Source: Clostridia bacterium
GTDB lineage: Bacteria > Bacillota > Clostridia > Oscillospirales > CAG-272
Assembly (NCBI GenBank): GCA_017621755.1
Contig: JAGASL010000011.1
Span: forward strand, 15,550 to 79,549
Direction: 5' to 3'
DNA length: 64,000 bases
The notes under the pieces were generated by a model. The model had not been told where the DNA came from. It searched no databases and saw only the letters and a list, made by a program, of their open reading frames with translations. The position numbers and the translations under genes were made by a program. Below, one piece after another: positions 47,014 through 56,142 of this stretch; positions within the stretch are counted from its first letter, which is position 1, and the number at the start of each line of letters is the position of its first letter.

Positions 47014-48273
47014 ATGCAAGCATCCTATAAAATAAAAAGAGAGACATGTGCGGACGTTGTCGTTGTAGGCGGTGGAACGGCAGGTGTTTTTGCCGCCATT
47101 GCTGCCGCAAGGGCCGGCGCAAAAACGATACTAATTGAGAAAAACAGCATTCTTGGTGGTACAATCACCGTTGCCAATGTCAATTTTCCCGGCTTGTTTT
47201 TTGCGTGGGGAAGACAGATCATCAACGGCCCCTGCTGGGAATCTATTGAGCGTACGATAGCACTCGGCGGGGCAAAAATGCCCAAGATCACATTCAAGCC
47301 TGAAAAGCATTGGTATGAGCAGATCAGATTGAACCGCTTTGTTTATACGACAGTGCTGTTTCAGATGTGTGAGGAAGCAGGTGTAGAGGTTGTCTGCAGC
47401 GCTATGGTTTCGGATGTGATGGAAAGGGACAACGGCATTGATCTTTTGATAACTGAGAAAAGCGGCTTGTTGCTTATTACGACACAAATTGCTATCGATG
47501 CGACGGGGGATGCTAATTTGTGCCAAATAGCCGGCTATTCGGTTGTTAAGAGTGAAACGCAGCAGCCGGCAACGCTTCAAACTCATCTTTCCGGGTATGA
47601 TATGGATGCAGTATCCGTAGACGAAATAAAAGAAAGGCTGCCCGCTGCTGGGCTGCCGGAATACGTACGGGCAAGTGATCTGCTTGCATATCTTCGTGAT
47701 CAAAGGATCGATGTGCATATCCCCTGTGTAGATGCCGATACCTCGCAGGGAAAAACCGCGCTTGGCAAGCGTGCACTGCTTCTTGTCATGCAGATCTACC
47801 AGTTTTTGCGCAGCATAAAAGGGCTTTCACATATTGAAATCGATTTTATGGCAGAGGAGGTTGGTGTGCGTGAGACCAATCGCATTGTGGGTGAGCATAT
47901 GATCACAGCCGAGGAATATATACACGGCATGCTTTATCCGGATTCCGTGTGCTATGCGTTTTACCCGATAGATCTGCACGTGATGCATGGCATTGAAAAG
48001 GTCTATCATCAAGAAAACGTTGTTTCTAAGGTGCCGTATTCTGCGTTGATTCCCAGAGGGGCGAGACGTATTCTGTGTGCCGGACGTTGTATCTCGTCTG
48101 ACACGTATGCCAATAGTGCCATCCGGGTAGAGGCGACCTGTATGGCCACCGGGCAGGCTGCCGGGTGTGCCGCGGCGGTAGCTGCCCTGCAAAACGTGTG
48201 GGTAAACGAGGTCGAGTATGCCAATATCTGTAGAATGCTGGAGAAGATTCATGCCATTGTTCCGCATAGCTGA
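47014..48273 (+). CDS. FAD-dependent oxidoreductase (FAD_oxidored-type; paralog of 27809-29008)
   Basis: DVVVVGGGTAGVFAAIAAARAG is at the N-terminus, and the C-terminal part is AGRCIS...ATGQAAGCAAA. GAAGGAAG precedes ATG 47014. Confidence 0.75.
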   Translation: MQASYKIKRETCADVVVVGGGTAGVFAAIAAARAGAKTILIEKNSILGGTITVANVNFPGLFFAWGRQIINGPCWESIERTIALGGAKMPKITFKPEKHWYEQIRLNRFVYTTVLFQMCEEAGVEVVCSAMVSDVMERDNGIDLLITEKSGLLLITTQIAIDATGDANLCQIAGYSVVKSETQQPATLQTHLSGYDMDAVSVDEIKERLPAAGLPEYVRASDLLAYLRDQRIDVHIPCVDADTSQGKTALGKRALLLVMQIYQFLRSIKGLSHIEIDFMAEEVGVRETNRIVGEHMITAEEYIHGMLYPDSVCYAFYPIDLHVMHGIEKVYHQENVVSKVPYSALIPRGARRILCAGRCISSDTYANSAIRVEATCMATGQAAGCAAAVAALQNVWVNEVEYANICRMLEKIHAIVPHS

Positions 48274-48310
48274 ACTTTCAAAAAACTGTGTTGGGTCATC
48301 TGTAAACAAG

Positions 48311-48350
48311 AAGAATGAGGGAAAGAAGAACTTTCCCTCATTCTTGTTTT
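48311..48350. terminator. bidirectional rho-independent terminator overlapping the CHAP gene stop codon
   Basis: AAGAATGAGGGAAAG-AAGAA-CTTTCCCTCATTCTT followed by GTTTT. Confidence 0.65.
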
Positions 48351-49660
48351 GTTCTTTTAAGTAGTATAGGGGTACATATTAACAGCGCAAGTGGTGAGAG
48401 ACCTATCGAAGAGGCGCAGGAGGCGCTTTCCGTTCGCGTGGTTACACGGCCCGGGGCTGTTGTTGCCGCCCCTGCGGTGGTCGACTTCTCGGTTTTTTCC
48501 GGCAGTATCGGCGCAGATGTGTTGGTGTCCTCCTCCTGCGTGGGGGGAAGCACCTCTTCTTCGATCACAGGCGGTAATGCGTCATCGGGTATCTCCTCCT
48601 GCACGGGTGGTTGTATATCGTCCGTCCCTTCCTCAGGCGAGGCCTCTGCTTTTTCTGCGCTCAGCTGAATAACACGATCCTCGTTGTTCAGTAGATACCC
48701 CGTGATTTCTTCACCGTTAATGTGGCAGATCGCCTTCAGCCGCCCGTTGGCGGCTATCTCCGTTACCGTAAAGAAGGAATAGCGAGGCAGTAGATAGGTG
48801 TGTGCTTCAGCATCCTCGGTGAGAAACAAGTATTTTGCGGTTGTGGAGACGTATATGCCGGCAGAAGGACTCTTTCCGGTATAATCGATGGTGGTGATTT
48901 CTTGGTTTGCTGGATAGGGAAGAACGCCGTAACCACGTATGTAAGAGCTTGTTCGTGGGTAGCTTTTGAGGTAGACACCCCCGCCGTTGCTCTCTAAGCC
49001 TGCGGCTGGAGAGGTATTTCCTTCAACCGTATAGATGCGGTCCCCCTCTGTGTACAGCACGATGCCGATGTGGCTTTCCGTGCTTCCGTTCTGTGTAAAA
49101 AAGATCAGGTCACCCGAAAGTGGTGTATAACTGCCACCGAAATGGGCAGAATCAGAAAAATAACCGCATTGCCGCAGCTGGCTTGCCCATTTGCTACAGC
49201 TGACCTCGCGCCATATGTAGGCGGCATCACCCTCGTGCTTGCGGCACCAATCGGCGATTTTTGTCTGGTTGTGCGTGCCGGCCTGTAGTAGACAGAAGGA
49301 GACAAAGGAGGCACACCACGGATAATTGCTACCGCCGTAGCCGACACCAAAGGATCCCATATTGTAATTGTATTCGGTAAAGTTTTGATTACCGTTGCTC
49401 ACTCCGCCGTAATCACCGTTGTCATTGCCCTCTGTATAACCGAGCTGAGAGAGCGCAACGGCAATCAGATCGGTTCTCCCGTCACCGGTATGCGGCAGGG
49501 CAGAGAGTCGATCGTAATACACGCTTTGTTGATACGCCGTGGACGGTGGATTGGCACCTTGTGTGTAGGTGAGCGCGGAGAGAGGCATCTCTCCTATCCC
49601 GCTCACTAACAGGCATAGTATCAGCCCTATGGCGGCAAGGTGTAGTCGTTTTCGTTTCAT
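48338..49660 (-). CDS. secreted CHAP-domain (NlpC/P60-like) peptidoglycan amidase/peptidase with an acidic Pro-rich spacer and a C-terminal hydrophobic anchor
   Basis: The signal peptide is MKRKRLHLAAIGLILCLLVSG. The CHAP Cys lies in NYPWCASFVSFCL and the His in SHIGIVL. The C-terminus is LSPLALLICTPILLKRTKQE. Confidence 0.8.
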   Translation of the reverse strand: MKRKRLHLAAIGLILCLLVSGIGEMPLSALTYTQGANPPSTAYQQSVYYDRLSALPHTGDGRTDLIAVALSQLGYTEGNDNGDYGGVSNGNQNFTEYNYNMGSFGVGYGGSNYPWCASFVSFCLLQAGTHNQTKIADWCRKHEGDAAYIWREVSCSKWASQLRQCGYFSDSAHFGGSYTPLSGDLIFFTQNGSTESHIGIVLYTEGDRIYTVEGNTSPAAGLESNGGGVYLKSYPRTSSYIRGYGVLPYPANQEITTIDYTGKSPSAGIYVSTTAKYLFLTEDAEAHTYLLPRYSFFTVTEIAANGRLKAICHINGEEITGYLLNNEDRVIQLSAEKAEASPEEGTDDIQPPVQEEIPDDALPPVIEEEVLPPTQEEDTNTSAPILPEKTEKSTTAGAATTAPGRVTTRTESASCASSIGLSPLALLICTPILLKRTKQE

Positions 49661-49734
49661 AAGCCCTCACTCGGAATTGGAATATATACACCATTATACC
49701 ACACAACTGCCAGTTTTTCCATGGAAAAAACAAG

Positions 49735-49767
49735 AAAAAGCGCCCCAAAATCCTTCTTGGGGCGCTT
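49735..49767 (-). terminator. rho-independent terminator of the BNR gene
   Basis: On the minus strand: AAGCGCCCCAA-GAAGGATT-TTGGGGCGCTT followed by TTTTCTTGTTTTTT. Confidence 0.7.
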
Positions 49768-49780
49768 GATCATATGAGAC

Positions 49781-51166
49781 TTATAGGCTGCGGAAGTGCT
49801 TTATGCGGTGGAAGGTGCTGTAGTTTGCATCGTGATGGTTATGCGCGCCGTTGATGGCGGTACGGCAAAGATAGATCAGATCGTCACCGTCGATCATCAG
49901 ATCAACGTATTGGAAGCCGATCTCGGCTGGATTTTCGTTTCGGTAATCCAGCAGATCCATAGAAAGCTCCCAATGCTCGCCATCCTTTGATTTCATCAGT
50001 GAAAGCAGATTGCGGGCGTGCTTATGCGCGCTATCCAGAATGCGGCAGATGATCGAGTAATAGTAACCGCCCACCTCATCCTTGACGATCATGCATTTGG
50101 AATGGTTACCAGGCATGGCGATCGGGCGGGAAAATTTCAGCGGAGCCTCCGGGTTTTCGGTGTTCACGGCAAAGGCAAGCAGATAGCCGAAATCCGGCGT
50201 GCACTTGGTCATATCATAGCGCATCACGTTATACAGCTTGCCATCCGGTAGCACAGTCAAGGCGCCTTCAATGTTACCGCTACTGGGGCCTTCTACCATG
50301 CCCGCTACCCATTGCGGGTCATATTTGATCGGGTCGGTAAAGCACCAGCTTTCTGCTACCAGCAGATCGGCATTTTCATCGATCGAGGCAACCATTGGCG
50401 CGTGGTACCCCTCGCCCCAGCTGCCCCATTCCAGCGTTTCCCAAAGGCGGCCACCGTAAGAAACAACAGGCTGCGGGTTTTTGTGCACACCAGCCACGCC
50501 GCACTTGCACGAGCCGCGCAGCAGCACGGTGGGGGTAGTAAAGCTCTTGCCGCCGTCGCTCGATTTCCCAATCAGCAGGTCGCCGTATTCGGTCGAGCAG
50601 GCCAGCATATACAGCTCGCCGCGGTGAATAAACATCTTGCCCCAGAAGCAGGGGAACAGCTCGCTGACGTAATGCCAGCTTTCGCCGTTATCATCCGAGC
50701 GGAAGATCAGCGTCAGGTTCTGCGGTGCTTGTCCGGCAAACAGATCCATCGAGGCCAACAGGTAGCCATCTGGGTGGCGAACCATGCTGGGGCTGCACAG
50801 ATACCGGCCGGAAAAACGGTAGGCATCATCCTCGGGGTGTAGATAGTTGACCACCGTACCAACCGCCTTGCCAATACGCGCCAGGCGCACGCGGCTCTTT
50901 TTATCGCCGTGCGAGACCTGCACCTCGTATTCCTCGCCCTCGGTCAGGTCCTTGATGGTATAGCTATCCCCCGTGACAGAGGCAGAGCCGGTAAAGCTCG
51001 CCTCGCCGCGCTTGCGCCAGGAGACGAGATAGGTATCCTTGTCTTTGTCAAGCCATTCCAGGTGTAGGGTATCTACCCCGGGCACCAGGCGGCAGACGTA
51101 GGGATCGCCCGCCTCAAAAAACGGGGGTGAATACGGAGCATAGCTCCAACTGGTGACAGGCTTCAT
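49781..51166 (-). CDS. BNR/Asp-box repeat glycosyl hydrolase (sialidase-like beta-propeller) with an N-terminal FN3-like domain; no signal peptide
   Basis: Asp-box motifs are SDDNGESW, SSDGGKSF and SKDGEHW. The N-terminal FN3-like segment is LHLEWLDKDKDTYLVSW. Confidence 0.7.
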   Translation of the reverse strand: MKPVTSWSYAPYSPPFFEAGDPYVCRLVPGVDTLHLEWLDKDKDTYLVSWRKRGEASFTGSASVTGDSYTIKDLTEGEEYEVQVSHGDKKSRVRLARIGKAVGTVVNYLHPEDDAYRFSGRYLCSPSMVRHPDGYLLASMDLFAGQAPQNLTLIFRSDDNGESWHYVSELFPCFWGKMFIHRGELYMLACSTEYGDLLIGKSSDGGKSFTTPTVLLRGSCKCGVAGVHKNPQPVVSYGGRLWETLEWGSWGEGYHAPMVASIDENADLLVAESWCFTDPIKYDPQWVAGMVEGPSSGNIEGALTVLPDGKLYNVMRYDMTKCTPDFGYLLAFAVNTENPEAPLKFSRPIAMPGNHSKCMIVKDEVGGYYYSIICRILDSAHKHARNLLSLMKSKDGEHWELSMDLLDYRNENPAEIGFQYVDLMIDGDDLIYLCRTAINGAHNHHDANYSTFHRIKHFRSL

Positions 51167-51176
51167 GGCATTTTCC

Positions 51177-52133
51177 TTATTTTGTCAGGCGTTCTTCAAT
51201 ATCCGTTGCCAGCAGGTGCAGCTGACGGATGCAGGACTTCTGATAGTCATTCAGCTCGTACTGCGAGCGGACACGAGAGAAGATGGAACTGATCGGCAGA
51301 CCAACGATCTCGCTAAGGTGATACTTGGCCGTGACTGGGTAGGCCAGCTTTTCAACCATGGTAGCCGTGCAAAGAAATGCCTGCAACAGGTCAGCCTTTT
51401 CCGGCTCCTCTTCAAAGTGCTCGCACAGGTAGACGTAAAGCTGGGGGTGGAAGTTGGCCATCACACCGCAATAGCCGTGCGCACCAGCACGCAGCGTTTC
51501 CAGCAGGGTCTGTGCATTGGCGTTATAAAGCTGTACCGGGCTGCCCTTTAGAATCTCTACGCGCTTGGCGATCAGGGCAGCATCGCAGCAGGTATCCTTG
51601 ATAAAGGCAAAGCGGCCGCTTTCTGCGCAGTAGCGCAGCATCTTTTCGGTCAGCAGGCGCTTGTAGGGAAAGGGGCATTCGTAAACGCCAAGCGGAATAT
51701 CCGGCACGGCGGCGGCCAGTCTGTCGCAATCGCGGAACCACTGGTCTTCTCCCTCGTTTGGAATGTCCATGCGGTTGGTGATCAGGATCAGGGCGTCTGG
51801 CCCGGTCTCGGCCACGGCTCGTAGCTCGTGCACCTGCTGGTCATAGGTGCTTGCCACGTGGCCAGAGGCTACGATGGTCATCCTTGGCCGCTCCGGGTGC
51901 AGGGCAGATAGGCGGTTCGCCTCGTCAATCACCGTGCGGGTAAGCGCCACGCGCTCCTCCTCGGTCAGATAAAAGATCTCACTTGATTGGCAGGCGGCAA
52001 AAATGCCGTGGCAGCCCTTCTCATAATACCATTCGGTCATGGCGCGGGCGGCACCCAGGTCTACGCTGCCATCCGTATTGTAAGGGGTGATCATGGTCGG
52101 AAAAGCGCCGACCTTTTTTGTACAGTTTTTCAT
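51177..52133 (-). CDS. dihydrodipicolinate synthase/N-acetylneuraminate lyase family (class I aldolase) protein
   Basis: The TIM-barrel DapA-family layout is present: MITPYNTDGSVD..., and the candidate Schiff-base Lys lies in FAFIKDTC. It sits 10 nt downstream of the BNR gene on the same strand. Confidence 0.8.
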   Translation of the reverse strand: MKNCTKKVGAFPTMITPYNTDGSVDLGAARAMTEWYYEKGCHGIFAACQSSEIFYLTEEERVALTRTVIDEANRLSALHPERPRMTIVASGHVASTYDQQVHELRAVAETGPDALILITNRMDIPNEGEDQWFRDCDRLAAAVPDIPLGVYECPFPYKRLLTEKMLRYCAESGRFAFIKDTCCDAALIAKRVEILKGSPVQLYNANAQTLLETLRAGAHGYCGVMANFHPQLYVYLCEHFEEEPEKADLLQAFLCTATMVEKLAYPVTAKYHLSEIVGLPISSIFSRVRSQYELNDYQKSCIRQLHLLATDIEERLTK

Positions 52134-52321
52134 ATATCCTCCCGGTATTGGTCACGGTTGCGGTCAAATGTCGTACCATGGCATAAATTAACAAATACAT
52201 TATAGCGCAGAAGCAAAGTCGGGGCAATATCCGGATAAGACCATAAAATGTCAAATCGCGACATTTTGTTGACAAAACAGACATGGCATGGTATGATAAT
52301 AGCAAAAAAGGAGGTGCATTT

Positions 52322-53206
52322 ATGGCGGATAAATTGAAGGCTATGATGGCTGCCTCGCGCATTCTCAACCGCATACGTATTCCTGCCAGGCAGGAGCCCT
52401 TTCCCATGGAATTTCTTTGGTTTCAGCAGCAATACTATGTGCGTGATTACCGCCGTGTCAATCATAAAATGCATCGCCACACCTTTTACGAGGTGCATTT
52501 TCCCTTTGCGGGGGATGTAACGTATTTGTTGAATGACGGCAGGGAATTCACCGCGCGAGATGGGGATTATCTGCTGATTCCACCTGAGGTAGAGCACCGC
52601 TTTACCCGCAGCACGGCTGATTACGGCAAGTATTCACTTGGGTTTTCCGTTTCAGACAAGGATCTGGCCGCCCACGGCCTTTCGTTGCCAAGCGAAACGA
52701 TATGCGATGTTACCACCCCGGAAATGCAGGCTGCTATTGCGCAGGCACAGTCGGCTGCCCTTCGTGGGGATTCCTTGGCACCTTTTTTGCTTCAGGATGC
52801 GGTATTTTTACTTTCCATCCTGATGGCGACCGATCGGACGCACGCAAGCCAGGCCGCCAAAAGCGCCGCGCGAGAGGATGCCCGCCTGGCGCGCGCCAAG
52901 CAGTTTATTGCCGACAATTGCACCCATCCCCTCACCGTTGGCGAGGTGGCTGCCTTCGTTCACCTTTCCGAGCGGCACCTGACCCGCCTTTTTGAAATAG
53001 AGGAGGGATGTACCCCCCTGCAATACCTGCGTCGTGAAAGAGGTGTGATCGCGCGTGAGCGACTGCTTTCTGGTAACGAGCCGCTTTCTGTGATCGCCGA
53101 GGAGCTGGGCTTCTCCTGCGAATATAATTTTATTCGTTTCTTTAAAAGCGTTGAGGGACTTACACCGGCTAAATTCCGCCGCTCGGCTCACATCAAGGGG
53201 GAATAA
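52322..53206 (+). CDS. AraC family transcriptional regulator
   Basis: AAGGAGGTG precedes ATG 52322. A cupin-like N-terminus is followed by the HTH: VGEVAAFVHLSERHLTRLFEIEEGCTPLQYL...YNFIRFFKSVEGLTPAKFR. Confidence 0.85.
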   Translation: MADKLKAMMAASRILNRIRIPARQEPFPMEFLWFQQQYYVRDYRRVNHKMHRHTFYEVHFPFAGDVTYLLNDGREFTARDGDYLLIPPEVEHRFTRSTADYGKYSLGFSVSDKDLAAHGLSLPSETICDVTTPEMQAAIAQAQSAALRGDSLAPFLLQDAVFLLSILMATDRTHASQAAKSAAREDARLARAKQFIADNCTHPLTVGEVAAFVHLSERHLTRLFEIEEGCTPLQYLRRERGVIARERLLSGNEPLSVIAEELGFSCEYNFIRFFKSVEGLTPAKFRRSAHIKGE

Positions 53207-53220
53207 CCTTATAAAGAATG

Positions 53221-53257
53221 AAAAGGCGTTGTGCCCATGGGCACAACGCCTTTTTTT
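53221..53257. terminator. bidirectional rho-independent terminator
   Basis: AAAA-GGCGTTGTGCC-CATG-GGCACAACGCC-TTTTTTT. Confidence 0.8.
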
Positions 53258-53426
53258 ACTTGTTAGATCGTTCATGGTGGCCGTGACACATGCCAGACAT
53301 AGCGCACCCGCTACAGGAGCAGCCACAAGAGCCCTTTCCCTTTTTCTTGCCGCGGATCGAGCAAATGATGATGGCAGCTACGATCGCCACGATCACAGCC
53401 GAAACAATAATGGTTGGCCAATCCAT
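53256..53426 (-). CDS. FeoB-associated Cys-rich small membrane protein (56 aa; below the ORF-track cutoff)
   Basis: Hand translation gives MDWPTIIVSAVIVAIVAAIIICSIRGKKKGKGSCGCSCSGCAMSGMCHGHHERSNK. It lies 19 nt downstream of feoB on the same strand. Confidence 0.75.
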   Translation of the reverse strand: MDWPTIIVSAVIVAIVAAIIICSIRGKKKGKGSCGCSCSGCAMSGMCHGHHERSNK

Positions 53427-53445
53427 AAAAACCTCTTTGTTTTAC

Positions 53446-55638
53446 TTATTTTTCAGTAGAAATTCCCTTGGCCGGCAGCATGCCATTCTTATACTTGTTG
53501 GGGCGAACCAGCAGGTAAATCAGAGCCGCCAGCGCCACAAGCGCCAGAATGGTGAATACGCTAAAGGTCGCCTCGCCCGTGAACAGGCCGCCGATCTGAT
53601 AAACGATCATCGAGATCACGTAGGCAAACACGCACATGTAGCCGATCGAGAAGGCAGTCCACCTCCAGTTGTTCATCTCGCGCTTGATGGCACCCATGGC
53701 CGCAAAGCAGGGGGCGCACAGCAGGTTAAAGATCATAAAGCTGTAGGCAGTAACGGCGCCAAAGTCCTTGGCTACCATCGCCCAGATCTCGTCACCGGCC
53801 TCGCTCAGCTCACCGGCGTACTGATACAGGGTGCCTAAGGTCATAACGATCTCTTCCTTGGCGATCAGACCGGTAAAGGTGGCCACGGTCGCCTTCCAGG
53901 CCATGTCGCCCATCCAGCCAATCGGGTAGAAGATCCAGGCAAGCGCGTTGCCAATGGTAGCAAGCAGAGAGGTGTTGTTATCCTCTACCGCACCAAAGAT
54001 GCCGTCGGTAAAGCCGTAGCCCTGCAGGAACCACAGGATAATGGAGGAAACAAGAATAACCGTGCCCGCACGCTTGATAAAATCCCAGCCGCGCTCCCAT
54101 GTCGAGCGAAGAACGTTACCAACGTTCGGCGCGTGGTAAGGGGGCAACTCCATCACAAAGGGGGCGGGCTCGCCGGCAAAGGCCTTGAATTTCTTCATAA
54201 TCAGGCCAGAGACGATAACGGCACCAATACCGATAAAGAAGGCAGAAACGGCAACCAGCGGGGAATTGCCAAAAACGGCACCTGCAAATAGGCCAACGAT
54301 AGGCATTTTGGCGCCGCAGGGCATAAAGCCGGTGGTGATAATGGTCATCTTGCGGTCACGATCCTGCTCGATGGTGCGGGATGCCATAATACCGGGCACG
54401 CTGCAGCCAGTGGCAACCAGCATGGGAATAAAGGATTTGCCCGAAAGACCAAACTTGCGGAAGATGCGGTCCATAATAAAGGCAACGCGCGCCATATAGC
54501 CGCAATCCTCAAGCAGGGAAAGCAGCAAAAAGAGCACCAGCAGCTGCGGCACAAAGCCTAGCACAGCGCCAACGCCGGCAACGATTCCGTCTTGGATTAG
54601 GCTGTAAAGCCACGGGGCCACGATAGGATCACCCGAGGAATTGAGCAAAAAGCTATCGAAGAAGGCGGGTACCCACTCACCAAAAAGCACGTCGTTCGCC
54701 CAATCGGTGCCGATCGTACCAATCGAGATGACTGAGCTGCCCATAGCGATAGCGTATACCAAAAACATAGCCAAGGCAAAGATTGGCAATGCCAAAATGC
54801 GGTTGGTTATGATACGGTCTATCTTGTCAGAGGGGGTCAGCTTTCCTTGGTGCTTTTTCTTGTAGCAGCTCTTTAGGTGCTGGGCAATGTACGTATATCG
54901 CTCGTTGGTAATGATCGATTCGGCATCGTCATCCATCTCGCGCTCTACGGCTAAAATATCCTTTTCTATATGCGCCAGCTTTTCAGGGGAAAGCTGCAGC
55001 TGCTCGCGCACCTTTTCATCACGCTCAAACAGCTTGATGGCGTACCAGCGCTGCTGCTCCTCAGGCAGGTCATGCACGGCGGCTTCCTCTATGTGGGCAA
55101 TGGCGTGCTCCGCGCTGCCTGAAAAATTATGCGGCGGTATCGTTTCGCCCGATTTTGCCGCTTGAATAGCCGCTTCAACCGCTTCCCAAACGCCATCTCC
55201 CTTCAGGGCAGAGATCTCTACGATTTTGCAACCGATCTCCTGTGAGAGCCGCTCAATGTCGATCTTATCACCGCGCTTGCGCACAACGTCCATCATGTTG
55301 ATGGCGATCACAACAGGAATACCAAGCTCGATCAGCTGCGTGGTCAGGTATAGGTTTCTTTCCAGATTGGTTCCGTCTACCAAGTTTAAAATGGCATCCG
55401 GCCGCTCGCCAACCAGATAATTTCTGGCTACGACCTCCTCCAGTGTGTAGGGGGAAAGGGAGTAGATGCCCGGCAGATCGGTAATAATAACGCCGTCCTG
55501 CTTTTTCAGCTTGCCCTCCTTTTTCTCTACCGTAACGCCAGGCCAGTTACCAACGTATTGGTTTGAGCCGGTTAATGCGTTAAACAGGGTCGTCTTGCCG
55601 CAGTTGGGGTTGCCGGCAAGGGCAATTTTGATCGCCAT
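53446..55638 (-). CDS. feoB: ferrous iron transporter FeoB
   Basis: The G-domain has IALAGNPNCGKTTLFNALTG and DLPGIYSL. It is followed by a polytopic gate-motif membrane domain. Confidence 0.95.
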   Translation of the reverse strand: MAIKIALAGNPNCGKTTLFNALTGSNQYVGNWPGVTVEKKEGKLKKQDGVIITDLPGIYSLSPYTLEEVVARNYLVGERPDAILNLVDGTNLERNLYLTTQLIELGIPVVIAINMMDVVRKRGDKIDIERLSQEIGCKIVEISALKGDGVWEAVEAAIQAAKSGETIPPHNFSGSAEHAIAHIEEAAVHDLPEEQQRWYAIKLFERDEKVREQLQLSPEKLAHIEKDILAVEREMDDDAESIITNERYTYIAQHLKSCYKKKHQGKLTPSDKIDRIITNRILALPIFALAMFLVYAIAMGSSVISIGTIGTDWANDVLFGEWVPAFFDSFLLNSSGDPIVAPWLYSLIQDGIVAGVGAVLGFVPQLLVLFLLLSLLEDCGYMARVAFIMDRIFRKFGLSGKSFIPMLVATGCSVPGIMASRTIEQDRDRKMTIITTGFMPCGAKMPIVGLFAGAVFGNSPLVAVSAFFIGIGAVIVSGLIMKKFKAFAGEPAPFVMELPPYHAPNVGNVLRSTWERGWDFIKRAGTVILVSSIILWFLQGYGFTDGIFGAVEDNNTSLLATIGNALAWIFYPIGWMGDMAWKATVATFTGLIAKEEIVMTLGTLYQYAGELSEAGDEIWAMVAKDFGAVTAYSFMIFNLLCAPCFAAMGAIKREMNNWRWTAFSIGYMCVFAYVISMIVYQIGGLFTGEATFSVFTILALVALAALIYLLVRPNKYKNGMLPAKGISTEK

Positions 55639-55714
55639 GCGCTATATCCTCTCTTTCTTGATTAGCCAACGCTAATCGCACTTCAAAAAACAATGTGCTG
55701 TTAAGCGGCAGATT

Positions 55715-55936
55715 TTATTCAACCTCAACCATTTCGGCATCCGCCTTGCGCAGAGAAAGCTCATAGCCGCGCAAATACAGCTCCATCGGGTCGCCCAGCG
55801 GCGCCAGCTTGCGTACATAGATCTCCACGCCCTTGGTCAGCCCCATGTCCATGATTCGGCGCTTGATAGCACCCTCGCCGTGTAACTTAATAACCTTGAC
55901 CGTTTCGCCCACCTTGGCATCCTTTAACGTTTTCAT
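55715..55936 (-). CDS. feoA: ferrous iron transport protein FeoA
   Basis: The 73-aa SH3-like protein reads MKTLKDAKVGETVKVIKLHGEGAIKRRIMDMGLTKGVEIYV. A GGAGGG RBS precedes ATG 55936. Confidence 0.9.
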   Translation of the reverse strand: MKTLKDAKVGETVKVIKLHGEGAIKRRIMDMGLTKGVEIYVRKLAPLGDPMELYLRGYELSLRKADAEMVEVE

Positions 55937-55981
55937 CTTCACCCTCCTGCGTGGTCGCTGCAATTGTAAGGGAAATATGAC

Positions 55982-56042
55982 GATTAGCATACGCTAACCG
56001 CATTGCAAATTAAAAGTTAGCATATGCTAACCACTTGATATT
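55982..56042. promoter_or_regulatory. two palindromic operator-like boxes in the feoA leader (candidate iron-regulator sites)
   Basis: GATTAGCATACGCTAACC lies at 55982-55999 and AGTTAGCATATGCTAACC at 56025-56042. The core TTAGCATATGCTAA is a perfect 14-bp palindrome. Confidence 0.5.
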
Positions 56043-56049
56043 ATAGCAG

Positions 56050-56078
56050 GTTGTTTGCCGCTTGTCAACAGTTTTTTT
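56050..56078 (-). promoter_or_regulatory. sigma-70-type promoter of feoAB
   Basis: On the minus strand: TTGACA (56078-56073), a 17-nt spacer, then TATAAT (56055-56050). Confidence 0.65.
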
Positions 56079-56142
56079 CAAATTTTTCAAAATTTTTTTA
56101 AGAATAGAAAAAGCAGGCGCGGATGTGCCTGCTTTGGGTAGA

